Positions 63,051 through 64,000 of a stretch of DNA of 64,000 bases are shown piece after piece; position 1 is the stretch's first letter; each line of letters starts with the position of its first letter. The position numbers and the translations under genes were made by a program. The notes beneath the pieces are model-generated. The model was not told where the DNA came from, made no database searches, and saw only the letters and a program-made list of their open reading frames with translations. The DNA is from an uncultured Thermoguttaceae bacterium (GTDB lineage: Bacteria; Planctomycetota; Planctomycetia; Pirellulales; Thermoguttaceae). The stretch is from positions 46,004-110,003 of the forward strand of contig CALIRO010000016.1 of assembly GCA_938042245.1 (NCBI GenBank), written 5' to 3'.

Positions 63051-63186
63051 TAGGTAAATTATGGAGGCGATTGTAACGATCGGTTTTCTTCTCCTAGGAG
63101 GTTGGTTGGCTTGTTCTAGGTACATTATGAGGGCGATTTTGGCAGGAAGCTGGTCTTTAGCAACAGGAGGTTGCAGGATTATGAGG
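63051..63186 (+). repeat. Tandem ~66-nt duplication (2.2 copies) carrying repeated SD-like and ATG elements
   Basis: taggtaaattatggaggcgatt (63051-72) is matched by taggtacattatgagggcgatt (63117-38) and attatgagg (63178-86). aggaggttg occurs at 63096-104 and 63165-173. This creates three in-frame ATGs (63061, 63127, 63181). Confidence 0.7.
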
Positions 63187-63450
63187 CTCAGCCCACCGGA
63201 TTGGGAAGTTCGGCAGCTTGTGCGGCGGACCTTTCGCCACCTTGGCCTCTCGGAAACGAGCCTAGAAGAACTTCACGAGACGATCCTTTTTCAAGATGGC
63301 CGGTATTTGGCACGTTCCTACCGGGCAGGCCAGCTTATGGCGATGTGGCTGGTGGAAGTAGGAATCTTGCAATTTTACGACCAGGAGGGCCGAATGCTCC
63401 GGACCATCAATCTATTGCTGGAGAAAAAGCCTGCGCGGGCGGCTGCATAA
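63181..63450 (+). CDS. Small hypothetical protein (89 aa)
   Basis: The track ORF is 63061..63450. ATG 63181 has AGGAGG 10 nt upstream and gives MRLSPPDWEVRQLVRRTFRHLGLSETSLEELHETILFQDGRYLARSYRAGQLMAMWLVEVGILQFYDQEGRMLRTINLL... The upstream 40 codons are encoded by the tandem duplication and look non-native. Confidence 0.5.
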   Translation: MRLSPPDWEVRQLVRRTFRHLGLSETSLEELHETILFQDGRYLARSYRAGQLMAMWLVEVGILQFYDQEGRMLRTINLLLEKKPARAAA

Positions 63451-63679
63451 CTGGCTGGTTCCCCGAAGGCCTGACAGCAGCCCATGGGAAGTGGGAAATC
63501 AAAAATCCTTTTCCGGGGCGGGGGACTGGAGGGAACGATGTGAGAAAATCGACAGACTAGAAAAATGGATAAATCCTACCAGCACCTTTTCGGTTTTCTT
63601 GAATTGTGTAATTTGGCCCCATTTCACTTCATTCAGCCAAATTAGGTCTCCGTTTGCTGATGCTTGGCCGAGGCGACCT

Positions 63680-64000
63680 TCACAAGGTAGCTAGTTCTAC
63701 ATAGGGGACCAGATCTTGCAAGGAGCGGCGGAATTCGATGCCGTCGTCCCAATAGACCAGATACAGACGGCGGCAATGGACATAAGGCCGGTATCGCCAC
63801 AGGTGGGCTAGCAGCGGCTCTTTTTCATGCAGTCCGATCAAAAGATATCTTGCACCTTCCTCCGTTGCCTTCTCAGCCAACGTGTCCACCAAGGCTCGAA
63901 ACACATCTGGCCGATCAGCTTGGAGGGCCAAGAAGCTTAAAAATCGGTATGGGATTTCCTGACCAGGCTGGAACTGAGGCGGTTTGCCCAGCCATCGGCG
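63680..64000 (-). CDS. Hypothetical protein, C-terminal fragment (gene starts beyond the right edge)
   Basis: The track ORF is 63680..63931 (TTG), but I checked that the frame stays open to position 64000 (..RRWLGKPPQFQPGQEIPYRFLSFLALQADRPDVFRALVDTLAEKATEEGARYLLIGLHEKEP...). Function is not recognised. Confidence 0.55.
   Translation of the reverse strand, partial: RRWLGKPPQFQPGQEIPYRFLSFLALQADRPDVFRALVDTLAEKATEEGARYLLIGLHEKEPLLAHLWRYRPYVHCRRLYLVYWDDGIEFRRSLQDLVPYVELATL

Noticed and set aside
63061-63180. The N-terminal 40 codons of the track ORF 63061..63450, read as a hydrophobic signal or TM segment.
   Set aside because: These codons are generated by the tandem 66-nt duplication. Only ATG 63181 has a properly spaced AGGAGG. 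I kept this as an alternative start in the finding rather than as the gene model.

Overview
This 64-kb window is about 55-60% GC by eye. Its content is consistent with a Planctomycetota chromosome (inference): a giant multi-module secretin, a DUF1080 protein, two Ser/Thr kinases, Pro/Ser/Gly-rich low-complexity tails, strong AGGAG ribosome-binding sites, and long intergenic spacers full of palindromic repeats. I support about 42 protein-coding genes. Three are not usable from the ORF track: a 5'-partial secretin gene running off the left edge (1..1464, minus), a 59-aa csrA (61823..62002, minus) and a 32-aa basic peptide (5084..5182). Recognisable genes include infA, trmB, tatA, csrA, an Mrp/ApbC Fe-S carrier, a FabZ-like dehydratase, a rhomboid protease, an M16 peptidase, TrpG/PabA, class II DAHP synthase, MMPL/RND and MFS transporters, a TPP enzyme and a YhaM-like OB/HD nuclease. 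Envelope and signalling genes include a PilP/GspC-like protein with a secretin, a 1,510-aa secretin, two BON proteins, an FHA-GAF histidine kinase with a receiver, an ExeA-like AAA ATPase with a degenerate P-loop partner, an orphan FliN/SpoA protein, and a signal-peptide-bearing Memo-AMMECR1 fusion next to a membrane-fused spermidine-synthase-like protein. I saw no rRNA, no intact tRNA and no CRISPR array. Non-coding highlights are a decayed integrase with a tRNA-3'-end-like fragment, two REP-like palindrome families, a rod-shaped terminator-ended ncRNA candidate (32169..32355), a CAGGA-rich 1.1-kb spacer beside csrA, a 36-nt triple-GTTCA element present twice, and several paired direct repeats about 74 bp apart. 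All functional calls come from motif recognition by eye; no database search was run. No single complete novel system is demonstrated. The best candidates for follow-up are the giant secretin neighbourhood, the ExeA-like/pseudo-P-loop pair, the exported Memo-AMMECR1 fusion and the csrA-adjacent RNA region.
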